NCBI RefSeq assembly: GCF_964355755.1
Contig: NC_092673.1
Coordinates: 24,363,648 to 24,427,647 of the forward strand
Direction of reading: 5' to 3'
Origin: Antedon mediterranea
Taxonomy: Eukaryota > Animalia > Echinodermata
DNA: 64,000 bases
The notes beneath the pieces were generated by a model that saw nothing but the letters and a program-made list of their open reading frames with translations, was not told where the DNA came from and made no database searches. The translations under genes were made by a program, and so were the position numbers. Positions 24,204 through 37,055 of the stretch are shown here, in pieces. Numbering within the stretch: position 1 is the first letter of the stretch; each line of letters starts with the position of its first letter.

Positions 24204-27200
24204 TCATACGACCTGTATTTGTTTATTCCTAACTTTATATAAAATATGACTAGATCCTATTCGTATAAGATTCATTAATTGTTTAAGTATGATTATAAAA
24301 ACGAATAACAACGTGATTTTCCATAATATATTCAAGAAAACATGAGCATTGTGTTCGTTCGAATGTGCGGCCACTCCGAATCTTTTTATATTGAATTGTA
24401 AGTTGTTTGTTTGTTGTAGCTCTGTTTCGATTAGTTTCTCTACGCAGATACCTTGCTGACACCACTGTAACAGAAAAATAAAATAATTATTTAATGCGAG
24501 TGAGAGAGAGTGATAACTGTAAGTAATAGTTCTACTTTCGTGGCGACTACCTAGCTGTAATACATTCATTATTCACAACGTTAACTATACTTTACTACAC
24601 ACGCGCGGTCCGATCCGAAAATAAACAAAAAACTAAAATGGCTATAGCCACTAACGGTCAACTTAGTTGAAACCAGGTAGTTGGAAGGTGAACACATGGA
24701 TTCATCATCGTGAAACCGGAAATTACTTTGACCGCGTACAATTGAAATTGAGTTGAAAATCTACCGATGAAATCAGAAGATAAAAATATGGAACAATATC
24801 ATAATAGTGAAAACTAATGTTATCAAATTTACATTTCGCGGTACATCTGAGATAGATTAGACAGAGATTTGTCTCGAAGTTTTTCCATTGTGCTCGCCTA
24901 TGTCAGAATTAACCATAATTTATATATAGATACTAACTTTGTTCTCTCCGCATTTAGTACCATCTAGCGGTGGTCGCTTATCGGTCACACAGTCTTTGTT
25001 AGGAGAAGATGTACAGTACAGCTGGCCACACATATCCTGCGATAGTAATGATTAAAAAATAATAGAAATATTTCTTTTTCATATCACCCCTTATTATGGG
25101 ACACTTTCGAGACCCAGCAAAGTGTCCCATTGTAGAGTTTACCTTGAATGGGGTTTGATTGTATAGTGATAGAGATATATTTCCCCTGGTACGTTTTACG
25201 GGAAAGTGTCCATTGATCTAGATTCTAGAAGAGATGATTACTGAATATGTATGAGCAGCCATATATTTTTTATTCAAGAAACCAACAAAGCAGTACAGTG
25301 TAGTTAATATATCGATGTCGAATTCATGCTGAAATATGGTAATTCGGCGAACAGAATTATGAAAAATGCATTACAGTACTTACCTCTCGATCACAACTAA
25401 ACGACTTTTTTCGTCTTAGCATACTGCACTGATAGTCTGCCGTGTACGTCATCCCTGTAGAATGGTCACGTGATAGCACCTCACCCCCAATACCGAGAGT
25501 ATTCAAACAGTTTGTCCTGCGTCCTCTGTTTTTATGTGAACCAAATAAAATCACATTTTATCGATGAAAAATTGAACAAATTATGTTTTAAAACTTTCTC
25601 TAGATTTTGACCAAAGAATCTAACACTTACTTGATAAAACTCTTTAATATGTGCCCAAAAATGGTGGTGATGTGCCCAAATATGGTATCGGATGGTATCA
25701 TCGTGTCCATGTTCGCATCACATAAAGTTTGATAGTGTAGACAAAGCTTAACACTTACTTGATAAAACTCTTCAATGCATCACTACTACATGTCGACCAT
25801 TGCATCGATTTTGGTCCCCCTGCTGCAAACCCTGACATAATGTAAGTGTTGTCAGGACATAATGGATTACTGTACTGGTAGTCGTGGTATATACCAAGTC
25901 TATAACAGAATTATCAATTTTATTTTATTTTGTTCAATCTATAATAGGCTGTTAGCTGATGGATAAAATGAATTGAGACCAATTCGAAATAGAATTACGT
26001 CATGCAGTATGCCTATATAATAGAAGTGTGTGCCTTTATCAACTAAATCAAAAGAAAATGGAAGAGGAAGGTAGGCAGCCTACTAATATAACTCTTTCCT
26101 TATTTTGTCAAACAAGCCTACATTTTTTTAAGGGTCCGTTTGTACTTTAGATAGATAATGTCCGGTGCCCAGAGAACCCTTTTTTCGCTGGATTTAGTTG
26201 GTGTGAACAGTTTTTATATGCCACACCCATTTACTACTGCTGTACTACGGGATGAAAGGATAGACATATCACCGTATGGCCTTTTAACTATTCATCGGAC
26301 CACCGGACCAGTATCCGGACTCAGTGTGAACGTGCTTCACGTAGCTCAAACCTAAAGTTTCAAAATACAATTTCTAAACACAACGTGTTATATGCATTGA
26401 CTGTTTGATTTATAGTGTAATTTTATGAAGTTTGGTGAAGCGAGGATTTAGAATGTAAAGCGGCTTAAATCTTAAATTAATGTTCCTGATTCAAATCAAC
26501 GTAATTCGTTTCATGACAGTGTTGTAATTAATTGCTTTATATTTTAAGATCTGTTGAAGATTTTACTATGTTTAAGTGCATTTTGCTTCTTTTTGTTTTT
26601 GCATATTGTACAAGGTACCTAACCATCATGAAACCCGTATTATTATTAATCAATTCTAAATCTTTCGTTGAATTATTCGACAATAAAGTTGTCTTGTATC
26701 TTGTATTATAAGCTAGGGCATATTATGATGAAATGTGTGACAATTCTTGTAGGCCTACGATCCAAAGGTATACTTACAGGTGCCCAATCTCATGTGCAAT
26801 TGACATCGCTAGCCCCATTGGACTAACATCCTCTACTATTGCCATCTTCATATCGTCTGTACATGTCCCGCCGACAAAACCCTTTCCCGTCGCGTCGAAA
26901 TTAGAATTTATGTGCATATCCTTTCTGCAAAAAAAACATTATTTAGTAGGACCGCTGTGTATAGGGCTAATGAAATATAGCAGTCCTCCTTTGGAGTACT
27001 CCTGTTCATATTACATCCCTATTATGGGGACATTTTCTCATGAAATGATTGGAAATATATGTTTTAACATTGTGGCCAAGTTTGATATATATAGAATGTC
27101 ATGTAATTGCAAATGTTATCTGGCATGTTGGATTATGCCCGTATTAGAGGAGATAATTAAGATGAGTGAATTATTGCATAGGTGGATTTGAAGTAAGCAT

Positions 27201-30200
27201 GCTCTGTCACAATAGTAAGATGACCAGATTAGAGGGATTAATGTGCTCAGATAAATGTTGAAATGGCATAGTTAAAGGATAGAGTGAAATGAACTCATGG
27301 CCGAGAAACATGCAATGTCACACGGGGCGAGGGAATGGGTCAATTTAAAATTGAAAGGGGGTTGATGTTTACTGCATCATGTAAACAATGATAATATGGA
27401 TGATGAAGACGTGATAGAAATGTATGTTACGTTACTAAAATTACGGTTTTACGTTAAGCTTGGTTCCCACTTAAGCTTGGTTCTCACTAGCGACGCAACG
27501 TAACGCAAACTACGCAACGTAAGCAAAAATGCCCTTCCAATAATTGTGTTTGCCCTCGCCTGCGTGATTTTGCAGCAATATTGCGTCGTCGGTTCCCACT
27601 TGTGATTACGCAATACAGCCCTTTGCGTCGATACGTCACTACTTTACTATGCGTTCAAGTGGAAACCAACCAGTGGATGGCCGAACGTGATTGGTCAAAT
27701 TGCTAATGCTTGGCACCAACTAGAGACGTAACGCAACGTAAGTTAGTTGACGAATCACAAACGATGGATTTTTCGAACAACGCAACGTAGGAAAATGCTC
27801 TTCCAATCATTGCGTTTGCCCCTCGCCTGCGTGAAATCAAACCTACGATGTTTGCAGCACTATTGTGTCGTCGGTTCCCACTTGTGATTGCGCAATACAG
27901 CACTTTGCGTCAGTACGTCGTTACGTTGCGTCACTAGTGGGAACAAAGCTTTAAGTTGCGATTACGTTGTGTTCTAGTGGGAACCAAACTTTCCTTGTGA
28001 CTTGCGTTGCGCTTCCGTCCTTGCATTGCATTGAATAAAAACAATGATAGTAGGCCTTCTTCTCCAGAATGAATGACCGGGGTAATAATGTTCAGCGCTT
28101 AGAGGTTTCAAAACATTAGGCACTATATAAATCCAGGATATTATTATTATTATTAATATTCTGTTTGTTTTATATGACTATGCTTTACGTGATATCTAAC
28201 AAATCAATTAAAATCTAATTTATAAAAGGCACTTCATCTTTGCACTTGTTTACTCACCTCGTAATTAAAACTGCTACATCAAAGCTAATGTCAACATATC
28301 GACTCGGATCTCTTTCCAACCACCGTCTAAAGTCCATTAAAATGCTGTTTGCATCGTCCATGTCATCTATCAATTGCTTTAAAGCCAAAGTGATATTTGT
28401 TTTAAAATAATGTTATTATTATGTATTGTCCCCCTGAAAAATAATTGTTAATTCTTTTCTTTTTTTTTAATATGCCATTTTAATGTCACATAATAGTTAT
28501 CCACTTTGAACAAAAATTGAACCAAAAAGAAATGTATTTATCTAAAAAACTGTAATTTAAAGCAAAAAATAGGGTTTTTGGTTGAAGTTGACCATTTATC
28601 TTGTCTATGAAAGTAATTAACTTTATTTAAACTACAAAATGGCCTATTAAATATTCGATTTTATTAAAATTCATTTTTTTTATGTTTTTGGGGGACAATA
28701 CCTCTTTAAGTAGGCCTAATTTAACTTTATTAACACTCTACACAATAACCTATTAAACGTCTGATTTAATTAATATTCATCTACATCTTTAAAATAATGA
28801 TACTGTACTTATTGAACTCTTTCCTGCGTTCAAATAAATAATACTCACATGAGGCTTGTTTAATATTTCAATCCCGGTCAACATAATACCAACATTCACA
28901 CCGAGTGAGGGGGAATCCCAAAGTTTCGCCACCTTGAAAATAATATGATATAATGTTTTAACGGAACAACGGTGGTCGGGTTTTAAAGCTTGTTCCCACT
29001 AGCGACGTAACGCAATCTACGCAACGTAAACAAATGCCCTTCCAATCACTGCGTTCCCCCCCCCCCCCCCCCCCCCGCCTGCGTGAAATCAAACCTTCGA
29101 TGTTTGCTGCACTATTGCATCGTCGGTTCCCACGAAACATGTTTGCTATCAAACTCAAGTTAATTTTAATGTTATTATGCTGTCGGATGTTCGGCAACAT
29201 TATTCACGACATCACCTTAAACGGTGTCAATCAAGGACTTGCCAAATTTGAAAAAAGGCTCTCGATAAAATCAGTAAAAGCAGAGGCTGATATAAACTAC
29301 TTTAACAATTGCAAAACGTTCGGCGTGTTTTCAAAATGTATAATATTATATAAACTTATATTTATTGTTATTGTACATTTTCCCCTGCATTTTCTAGTTT
29401 TTTCCAAAAACATGTAAAATAGGATAATAGGCCTACATCATGCCTCTTTAAAATCGTTTGAATTTACCGGCGTATTATTATTGCAGCCGAGATACATATT
29501 TTAATTACAATAAGCTTTTGATTAAATATAATAAGGCTATATAATAGTATGTCTATATTATTTTTACACCGTTAACGTTGTTTTTTATCGTGTGGACGAC
29601 CGAGACGCATTGTGGTGATGGAGTAATTATGTACATTTTATATAATACGATTATTTACCACTTTTAGCATTTCCATGACGTAGTTTTCCGTATCGTCCCC
29701 ATGGTAACTATATGTCAGGTGATCTATAACTACAAATAGTTCAATATATTTGTCATGTTTTAATGCAATTCGTGAGTTGACTCCCTGAAAAACAAATTTG
29801 AAATTTGTATTGAAAGTGCTAATACTAATAGTGAGAAAGATCGACAATATATGTTCTAATTCAAATATGATTTTGTTTGCACAAGTCTTATCTTGTTTCT
29901 TCAAAAGTTATTGGACCGGCCCCGAATTATCTCCCCCCCCCCCCCCCCCCACAAACTAATCAACATAATTATTAACAATTTGTTTTAATTATAGGCCTAT
30001 TAAAATGTAATTTAATATTTTAATTTTTATGTTACTTTGGGGGTATTTACTGTCGAGTATCATTGCTCTTGATGGTGGTGTGTAATACACTGAGAGCCTT
30101 CATTTAAAGCAATGAGATACGTTCTTAGCTATCATAGCCTATTTTATAGTGTTTGGAGATCCCATTAGCCTCATCTGCACATACCCTTGTTACTTGTTCT

Positions 30201-30676
30201 CACCCTCCCCTTTCCTCCCCTACCTTTGGTTTCATTCTCCTTTCGGTATTTGGGATAGGTTGAATAAAAATGACGCGCCGTTGTTGATTAAGATTGATAC
30301 GTGATGTTTTTGTTTATTATAGGGCCTAAATCAATAAATTTGCACCATTCCATCATTGAGGTATACCTCCATAAATATATCGTACACACAGAGAAGATAT
30401 AGGCCTAATAATCAAACCTATCTTCATATCTGCGACAGAATAATACCTTACACAGTATAGATGTATGGTATAAGGATAGCTCTCGGCTATGAACATGCAT
30501 AAAACGGATATCTTCCATTTGTGATAATACAGTAGATATCCGGTAGACTATAATAGCATGTATAATGTAGGTTATATCAGTATTGTGTAAATCGTAATCA
30601 TAATTACCTGATCCGATGATACCGCGCCCACTCGGTCACAGATGACATAGATAAGCACCAGATTTAACCAATACAT
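24204..30676 (-). CDS. ADAMTS-like M12B (reprolysin) zinc metalloprotease, about 395 aa: signal peptide, catalytic domain, disintegrin-like domain and C-terminal hydrophobic segment
   Basis: Minus-strand exons: 30676-30608 (MYWLNLVLIYVICDRVGAVSSDQ), 29784-29659 (KYIELFVVID...YHGDDTENYV), 28932-28849, 28376-28258 (FDVAVLITR), 26924-26778 (GFVGGTC...IAHEIGH), 25899-25759 (LLGIYHD...YIMS...WSTCS), 25525-25384 (GMTYTADYQC), 25036-24938 (CGQLYC...PLDGTKCG), 24464-24204 (WCQQGICV...stop). Total 1188 nt with all phases consistent. HExxHxxGxxHD motif and Met-turn are intact. Confidence 0.92.
25649..25748. mobile_element. Truncated MITE family A copy flanked by a 24-bp direct repeat
   Basis: gtgcccaaatatgg...cacataaagtttgatagtgtagacaaagct; flanked by taacacttacttgataaaactctt at 25621-25644 and 25749-25772. 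Confidence 0.8.
27456..27991. mobile_element. MITE family C (AAGCTTGGTTCCCACTAG termini) with internal duplication and doubled ends
   Basis: aagcttggttcccact ... ctagtgggaacaaagctt; internal cgcaacgta repeats; partial copy at 28986-29131. Confidence 0.85.
28421..28705. mobile_element. MITE family D (TTAA-flanked, Kolobok-like)
   Basis: atgtattgtccccctgaaaaataatt ... tttttggggacaatacctct|ttaa; homologous to 46567-46894. Confidence 0.8.
28986..29131. mobile_element. MITE family C partial copy
   Basis: aagcttgttcccactagcgacgtaacgcaa...cgcctgcgtgaaatcaaacct...cgtcggttccca. Confidence 0.8.
29139..29345 (+). mobile_element. Penelope-like retroelement N-terminal ORF fragment
   Basis: EKRLSIKSVKAEADINYFNNCKTFGVFSK resembles the K-A-E-x-D-I-x-F-L-x-x-C-K-x-x-x-V-F-P-K N-terminal motif of Penelope-like ORFs (recognised from memory). 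Confidence 0.5.
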
Positions 30677-32316
30677 AGGCGCATCAGACACGTTCAGTTT
30701 TAGGCCTTAAAATGTAGGCCGGGAAATCCGAATATTACACCGTAGGCCTACTACCAGTTGAAATGGATGCACACCAAACGTGTTTTACGGGAAATAACAA
30801 TAGTGCTTTAAGTACCAGTAGGCTATCAAACACATCGATGTACATGTTCAATAAACCTATTGATGAATCAACAATACCGTTCAGGTTCAATGAGTTTACG
30901 TGTTTATTTTATTATTCTCCCACCAAAATAAAACGGTAGGCTTAATTCTAAAATAACGCTTATTAATAATTTAAAAAAATATTTAATTTGTTTGCATGTT
31001 TCCGTGTATTAGGCCTACACATCCACACAAACTTGTTTTTAGTAAGGAAATGACTATAAAACAGTAAAAAACTGTTGTTATACTAATTAGTGACCGGGTC
31101 ACTCCGGTGGCTCAAATGTCGGTACAAGTAGGCCTACAATGCAAAAGACAGGACATTCGATTAAGATCAGCACTTAATTTCACAATGTTGAGCTTGAGTT
31201 TTATCAATTTAAGAAAAATGCCGAATGTATTCAGTAATATAGAAAATAACTCAAGTTAAACTTTGTTATAATGAAGAAAAACTTTCTCTTAACTTCCTTA
31301 AACTTGTGAATGAAACTAAACTGAATATGAGTCAGTATTAAAATATTAGGACATTGAATACAATATCATGGGCCGGACTATTAGTAATTCGATTATTGTA
31401 TAAATTATAGTATTGTTATTTTCGTTTCAATTTTAATGTATTGTTTCCACAAAAAACATGACCATAAATAAAGATGGTTAAATTGAACAGAGAGACTATT
31501 TTAGTACATTTTTTTTTCGATCAATTTTTGGTAAAAACGAATAGACCTAACTATTATGTGGCATATTCAACAGAAATTGTTAGTTGTTTAAAACTGTAAA
31601 CCAGTTAATTACCCCGTGTGGAATGATTGAAGAATTTTGAATTGAATTGAATTGAATACATTTTTCTCACAAATTAAATTTCTCTGTTACTGACAGGTCA
31701 TTACTTATAATCATTATTGTATTACTATAATTAATGTTTATATACATCGATTCTGTATTCATTTCACTTCGAGCATTTAGTTCCTAGAAATTGGACGCTC
31801 ATGTTTCAATATTTCACCTTTTCATTTTCTTATTTACGATTTCGTCAAATAAAATTTTCCATTATTACTTCACTTGCATCAATTAATGTTGACAACAATT
31901 GTCATTGTTTGCCATTGATATATTTTTGGATTTGTTAATATCGTTATGCGGTTTTACGGTTTGTTTGCAGACACGTTTGACATTATGAAAAGGTGAATGA
32001 ATATTGTTCATACTTGCTTCAAGTCAGTATAGTTATTGTCTGTTTTATGTTAGTATTCCAATCAGCCTTTCAATCAAAGTTTGTGTATTTTTAGCTCAAG
32101 TATTATACGTATGAAGCGCTACGTGTGCCAAAATATTTTTACCAATATTATATTAAGTTGAAATGCCGTCTAGAACTTATAGACTATTATACTGTTCTGA
32201 TTCATTCATATAATACTTTTGCGTATTTAGTACGTTTAAATTACGTCGCCGTGTCACATCTCGACGATGCATGTATCCATTCCCTTTCTCTTCTCCGTAG
32301 GACTAAATGCTGCATG

Positions 32317-35300
32317 CTATCTTGACAATGTTTTATTATCCGATTTCTCAACAAACCACTTTCCAGTAAAGTCGCTGACGTTTTTACACGTTAAGATAGC
32401 GTCGTTTGATACCTTGATTAATAAAGATAAACAAATTAATCAATCGGTTAAATACATTGTGACAACACAGGATAGGGCCTACGGTAATGTTCGAACTGTC
32501 TGGTGTGTGACGAGGATGATGCACTACTAGTAATTTGTGGGCCCGTAAACTCGACACAAGTAAAGTTGGATAGGCCTAGATCAGTTTCAAATAATAGGCC
32601 AATATTAGGCTAATGAACCATCTTCATGCTGCAAAATATTAACAGCTGCGCTACTCCCATCTGTATTTGAACAGTAGACAGAGAGGGTGTAGGTTTGTAG
32701 AGTCGAGAGACTTCAGACCCGTCCCGGCAAATAACGATGCCCACACCAAGTATTGTACCGTAGTTGGCATGGTGTTGGATGTCAGCACATCGAAGTTGGT
32801 GAATCGCTACATTACATATACTCGTTGGTGAGCAATGGAATGGTTATAAGCTTTGCTTAATACCTACTTTTTTTAAAGGTGTATATAACGGATGGTGATG
32901 TTCAAAGTACGGGTTATTGTCGGCCCTATTGTATGAGCAAATGAATACCCAACGTCTTCTGTCACTTCTGTTTTGATCGCTCCGATGTAGAACGTTGCAG
33001 TGAAAGAATATGGCATCACCTGGATCAAGAGACGCGTACTCTAGTGGAAGATGCTTCTTAACTTCTTCTAAACGCACTGGATCAGCCATCACTTGGTCAG
33101 CCACGTTTACGTGATCTATACGACCGAGTTTGTGTGAACCCTTGATAACCTTAAAAACAAAATAGTAGGACTATCTTATCTACAATTTAGAGGTTATATA
33201 AGCGCGTTTAAATGCTGATAATATAGAGCGTTTTTTACGCGCGCGTTCCAATGCTGAAAATAGAACGCTATGTACGCACGCGTTCCAATGATATCGACTG
33301 CTTTGTACGCGTGCGTTGAAATGTTGATAGATCACTTTGTACGCGTGCGTTGAAATATTGATATATCGCTTTGTACGCGCGCGTTCAAATGATGATAGGA
33401 CCCTTTGTACGCGCGTGTTCAAATGCTGAAATACTACAATAGAACGCTTGTTATGCGCATCTCTATTGTCAATGGGCGAACGTTTATATCGCAGTGTATT
33501 TCTTCACGTAACCTCAAAGAATGCAATGTTCAATCGAACCGAATATCTTGGTAGTAATGTAATATTATGGAATTATATTTCTTAATCCAAATTGATTCAT
33601 TGTTACCTGTAGGCATCCATTTTCACTGTCACATTTGTCAATTGCGATCATTACAGAACCCATGTTAGGAAACAGACATCCGTTATTGTACCAATATCTG
33701 GTGAAAAGGAGTTTCCAAAGGTGTTTAAACTAAAAAAGGATAAACTAAAAAGATGGAATAGACAAAAAACATATACATATGGAATATTTTACCCGTAGTC
33801 CTGATGCCAAACAAATTGTCCACCAGTCTTTGCCTCTTTCATCATCAGCTTGGAGTGATAGTGGTAAATTTCACCGCCTAACAACTGCAAGGTGTAATCA
33901 ATTGAAAATTAATTGGAAATCAGTTCGGTAAAAAGTTTACGAAATAAACTGTTGTGGTTTTAGTCCATGCCAGATTTCTTGAAATGACGCGCGTGTATTT
34001 TGTGTTTCTTTCCGTGGTAATATTATATACAAACAGTATTTTATCGGATATAAAATTTGACGTAGATGGAAAAACTAGGAACTTGGTATTGTTTTTAGAT
34101 TGCAAGCTTCCGTTTTTACGGTGTTTGCTATTAAAGGGTTGTGTATTTTTTAGATTTAGAAAAATAAAAAGATAATTTACAGCCTAGGCCTATTAAGTTT
34201 GTTTAAGTTACAAGCTAAGGTCCACATTCATACAAACCTTTTCCATCGTTCCTGCAACTTTCTCACACTTTCCCACCATTCCCGTGACGTCATCGCCAGG
34301 GTGATTCCACAATGCCATTTTGCTTTTCAATCCTGCGCCATCGTCAAGATCGTACGCATGCTCTCTAACACCACCTTTGGCTCCGATTGCTGTTTGTATT
34401 TTAATTAATTCTTCTTGACTAAACACGGATCTAAGATTACAATATAATAAATAGTTAACCTAATGCTATACTAAGCAAAATGTTATGTATAAAGTTGAAA
34501 GATAGTATCAAGGTACGTTCACACAGATGACCAAAGAAAATCATGAACAGAATCTGGCGCGTTCTGTTCTTATCGCGAGCGATGGATTATTCTAAATGTC
34601 GCTTTTCATTGGTCAATTACTCGCTTGAGTTGCACTTGCGTCTTAAGTTGCTTCCAAATGGGAAGGAAGAACCAAGTTTATGCTAACGCATTTTCACGAT
34701 TCTTTATCCGGCCATAGTCTTCATTCACAGAATGAATTATTTACATATTTTACCAATAAATATAGAAATAGCGATAACTTACTTAATGATGATGTATCCA
34801 TCAACTTCAAAAGTTGATTTGATCTCTTCGGTCACGGAAAAATTCTCCGAAAAAGTGAATTCTTAAAATATAATAACATTGATGCTGAATTAATTGTAAA
34901 AGTACAAATAACATATCTAGCCGTTTGTGTAACTTGGGTTGAATTGCACATTATTATTATTTACATCCTTCCCAATCACTTGTTCAAGCGATGGAACTAA
35001 CATGTTTCGGATTTAACTAATAGAAAAGCAAATAATGTTATTCAATGTGGTCACAAGAAAATCTTTAGAGGAAAACGCGAATTTGGGAAATGAATATTGC
35101 AGGCACCGGACCTGAAAAGGTATCATACAGGGCCTACAAAAGAGACAGAAGCTCGGAAAACTTTATAAAAGCTTGTTAGGCTGTATACTAACTGTTTAAA
35201 GAACCCAGTTCATTATTCGAGAAGAGTATAGGATACCCCGGTGAACTGGTTCACAAAATAGCCCCTGTATCAGGAAGATTACCACCTATCTGATAGGACG

Positions 35301-35414
35301 GTAATACATTTACTATTGGTAGGCCTAATCCTTGGCCACATTGCCTAAAGACATAAAATAAAATAAATAAATAAAATAAAATTAATGAAAATGAAAGGCA
35401 TACTAACCTGACAT
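32317..35414 (-). CDS. PhyH-family Fe(II)/2-oxoglutarate dioxygenase (L-proline trans-4-hydroxylase/ectoine hydroxylase-like), 279 aa
   Basis: Minus-strand exons: 35414-35408 (ATG TCA G; least certain), 34861-34783, 34430-34238, 33884-33793, 33697-33607, 33149-32868, 32412-32317 (TAG); 840 nt. Motifs: [36 protein letters not shown] (HxD), [27 protein letters not shown] (distal His), NRSDRRRW (2OG-binding Arg). Confidence 0.93.
33195..33460. repeat. Degenerate tandem repeat, about 35-bp unit (ctttgtacgcgygcgttcaaatgytgata), in a dioxygenase intron
   Basis: About 7 variant copies read directly. Confidence 0.8.
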
Positions 35415-36980
35415 TTTGTTTGCTACGTTCACTTGAAAAAGTTAACCTTTGCGTCCCATTATCAGTTCCTCCCCTTGGTAAATACCGTTAAGCCGAGGGT
35501 TCATTTTATGTATAGCTGTACTTGCCTGGTTATACACAGGGCTCTCGAACGTGCACGTAACCTGCGGCCTATATAGATAAATGATATTACGATAATAAAA
35601 AAAAAAATGGCTAGGCCGAAATACCTATAAACGTAGGTGGGAATAGGAACAAAACATAACTTGAACTATTCGTATTGTGTACTCAGACACACTGGCTTTA
35701 TTTCCATCAATAATGTGAGACAAATCATTGGAATAAGTAGGCCTACACAATATATTAAACGGAATACCGAGTGGTTTTTCCATCGGAGGTATGCTCTTAG
35801 TTTGGTCTGGCAGTGGTCATCCAACCACTTCCCCAGGAAAGAAAATCATCGCATCCAAAGTTCCTTTGCTAGCCTTCTTTTTTTCACAACGTGCGCTTGC
35901 CTTACTGTTCCATATAATATATCCAAGTTTTCTGTAGTAGTTTGAGTTAAGCCTGCGTGACCCAAAAGCATGTCCGAATTTCAGTTGGTCAACATGTACG
36001 GCATCAAATCTCTCCTCACTCACTCAGCGATGCTTTGATTGGTCCAATCCTATGAATGATTAGCATATGGTAACACCTTTGTTTTCATTGAACAATGGTA
36101 TAATATATTTAATTTTGTTCGTAGGTCTATAGGCCTACCTACAATTCAGATTGTATGTATTACTGGAATTTAATAGTCTCTTATACATATAGGCTACAGT
36201 AAAGCAAGCGTAAATAATCGGTTAGGCTTATATATTCGCTCAATATCTATACGGTATAGAAAATAATTTGACATTAAGCATGTAGTAAGGCAGGTATTGA
36301 TTAAAGTGACGGCTACAATTACTGAATTCGCCCAGTGATTTATGTCTAGGGGCTTTATGAAACTAATAATTGCCATCTCAGACATAAATTAGATTTGCAG
36401 AATAATTAATGCGTATAGAGGGCGCCGTTTGATTAAAGATTGATGACTTTAGTAACCATTAAACTAATATTAAGCGGTTTATGCTCTAGCTTTACAGAGA
36501 AGATAATTTATACAATATAAGGTAAAAAAAAAATCTTATTAATATTTCATTATGGTGGCGCCATATAGAGATATTAGTTTCTGTTTTGTTTCAGGTTGTA
36601 TATTATGGTTTTAGGTAGGAGATTAAGAAGCGGTAATTTTTCATCGTTAAGTCCGTTGCGGTTGATCACTCGTGTTAAAACGTGATCTATTTCAGATCAT
36701 TGCAAGAAAACTTGTCAAAGAAAGACTGTGATTTTGTGTTTATCTTCGGCTACTGAAGACTCTAGTTTAGCTTATGCCTACATCATTGACTTTTGTCTGA
36801 CTTCTAAAAGGACAAAATAAATCAGTTTTGTGTAGGCCTGTTGAGCGTCAGCGATTGAAACAGACCGCGTGTATGAGTGCTCAAACTTTCTTCCAATTCG
36901 GTGGTTTTAGCGGATTATTCGTTTGAGCAACCGGTGCTGAAACATTGTTGGTAGTGTAGCCTATATTATCTCATTTATAG

Positions 36981-37055
36981 CATAGTAAGATCAGCCAAGA
37001 TGAATCGAAATCGAAGCAAATCATTGAAGGAACCTTCCAAAAGATCAAAGCCACC
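36981..37055 (+). CDS. Isolated candidate exon, possibly a first coding exon (ATG at 37000: MNRNRSKSLKEPSKRSKP) of a gene with a very long downstream intron
   Basis: tcatttatag acceptor, perfect gtaagt donor and good ATG context (gccaagATG); no recognisable family. Confidence 0.4.

Noticed and set aside
34965-35003. Alternative ATG exon ([13 protein letters not shown]) for the dioxygenase
   Set aside because: It exits in phase 0 while the next exon needs phase 1; the exon at 35408-35414 fits
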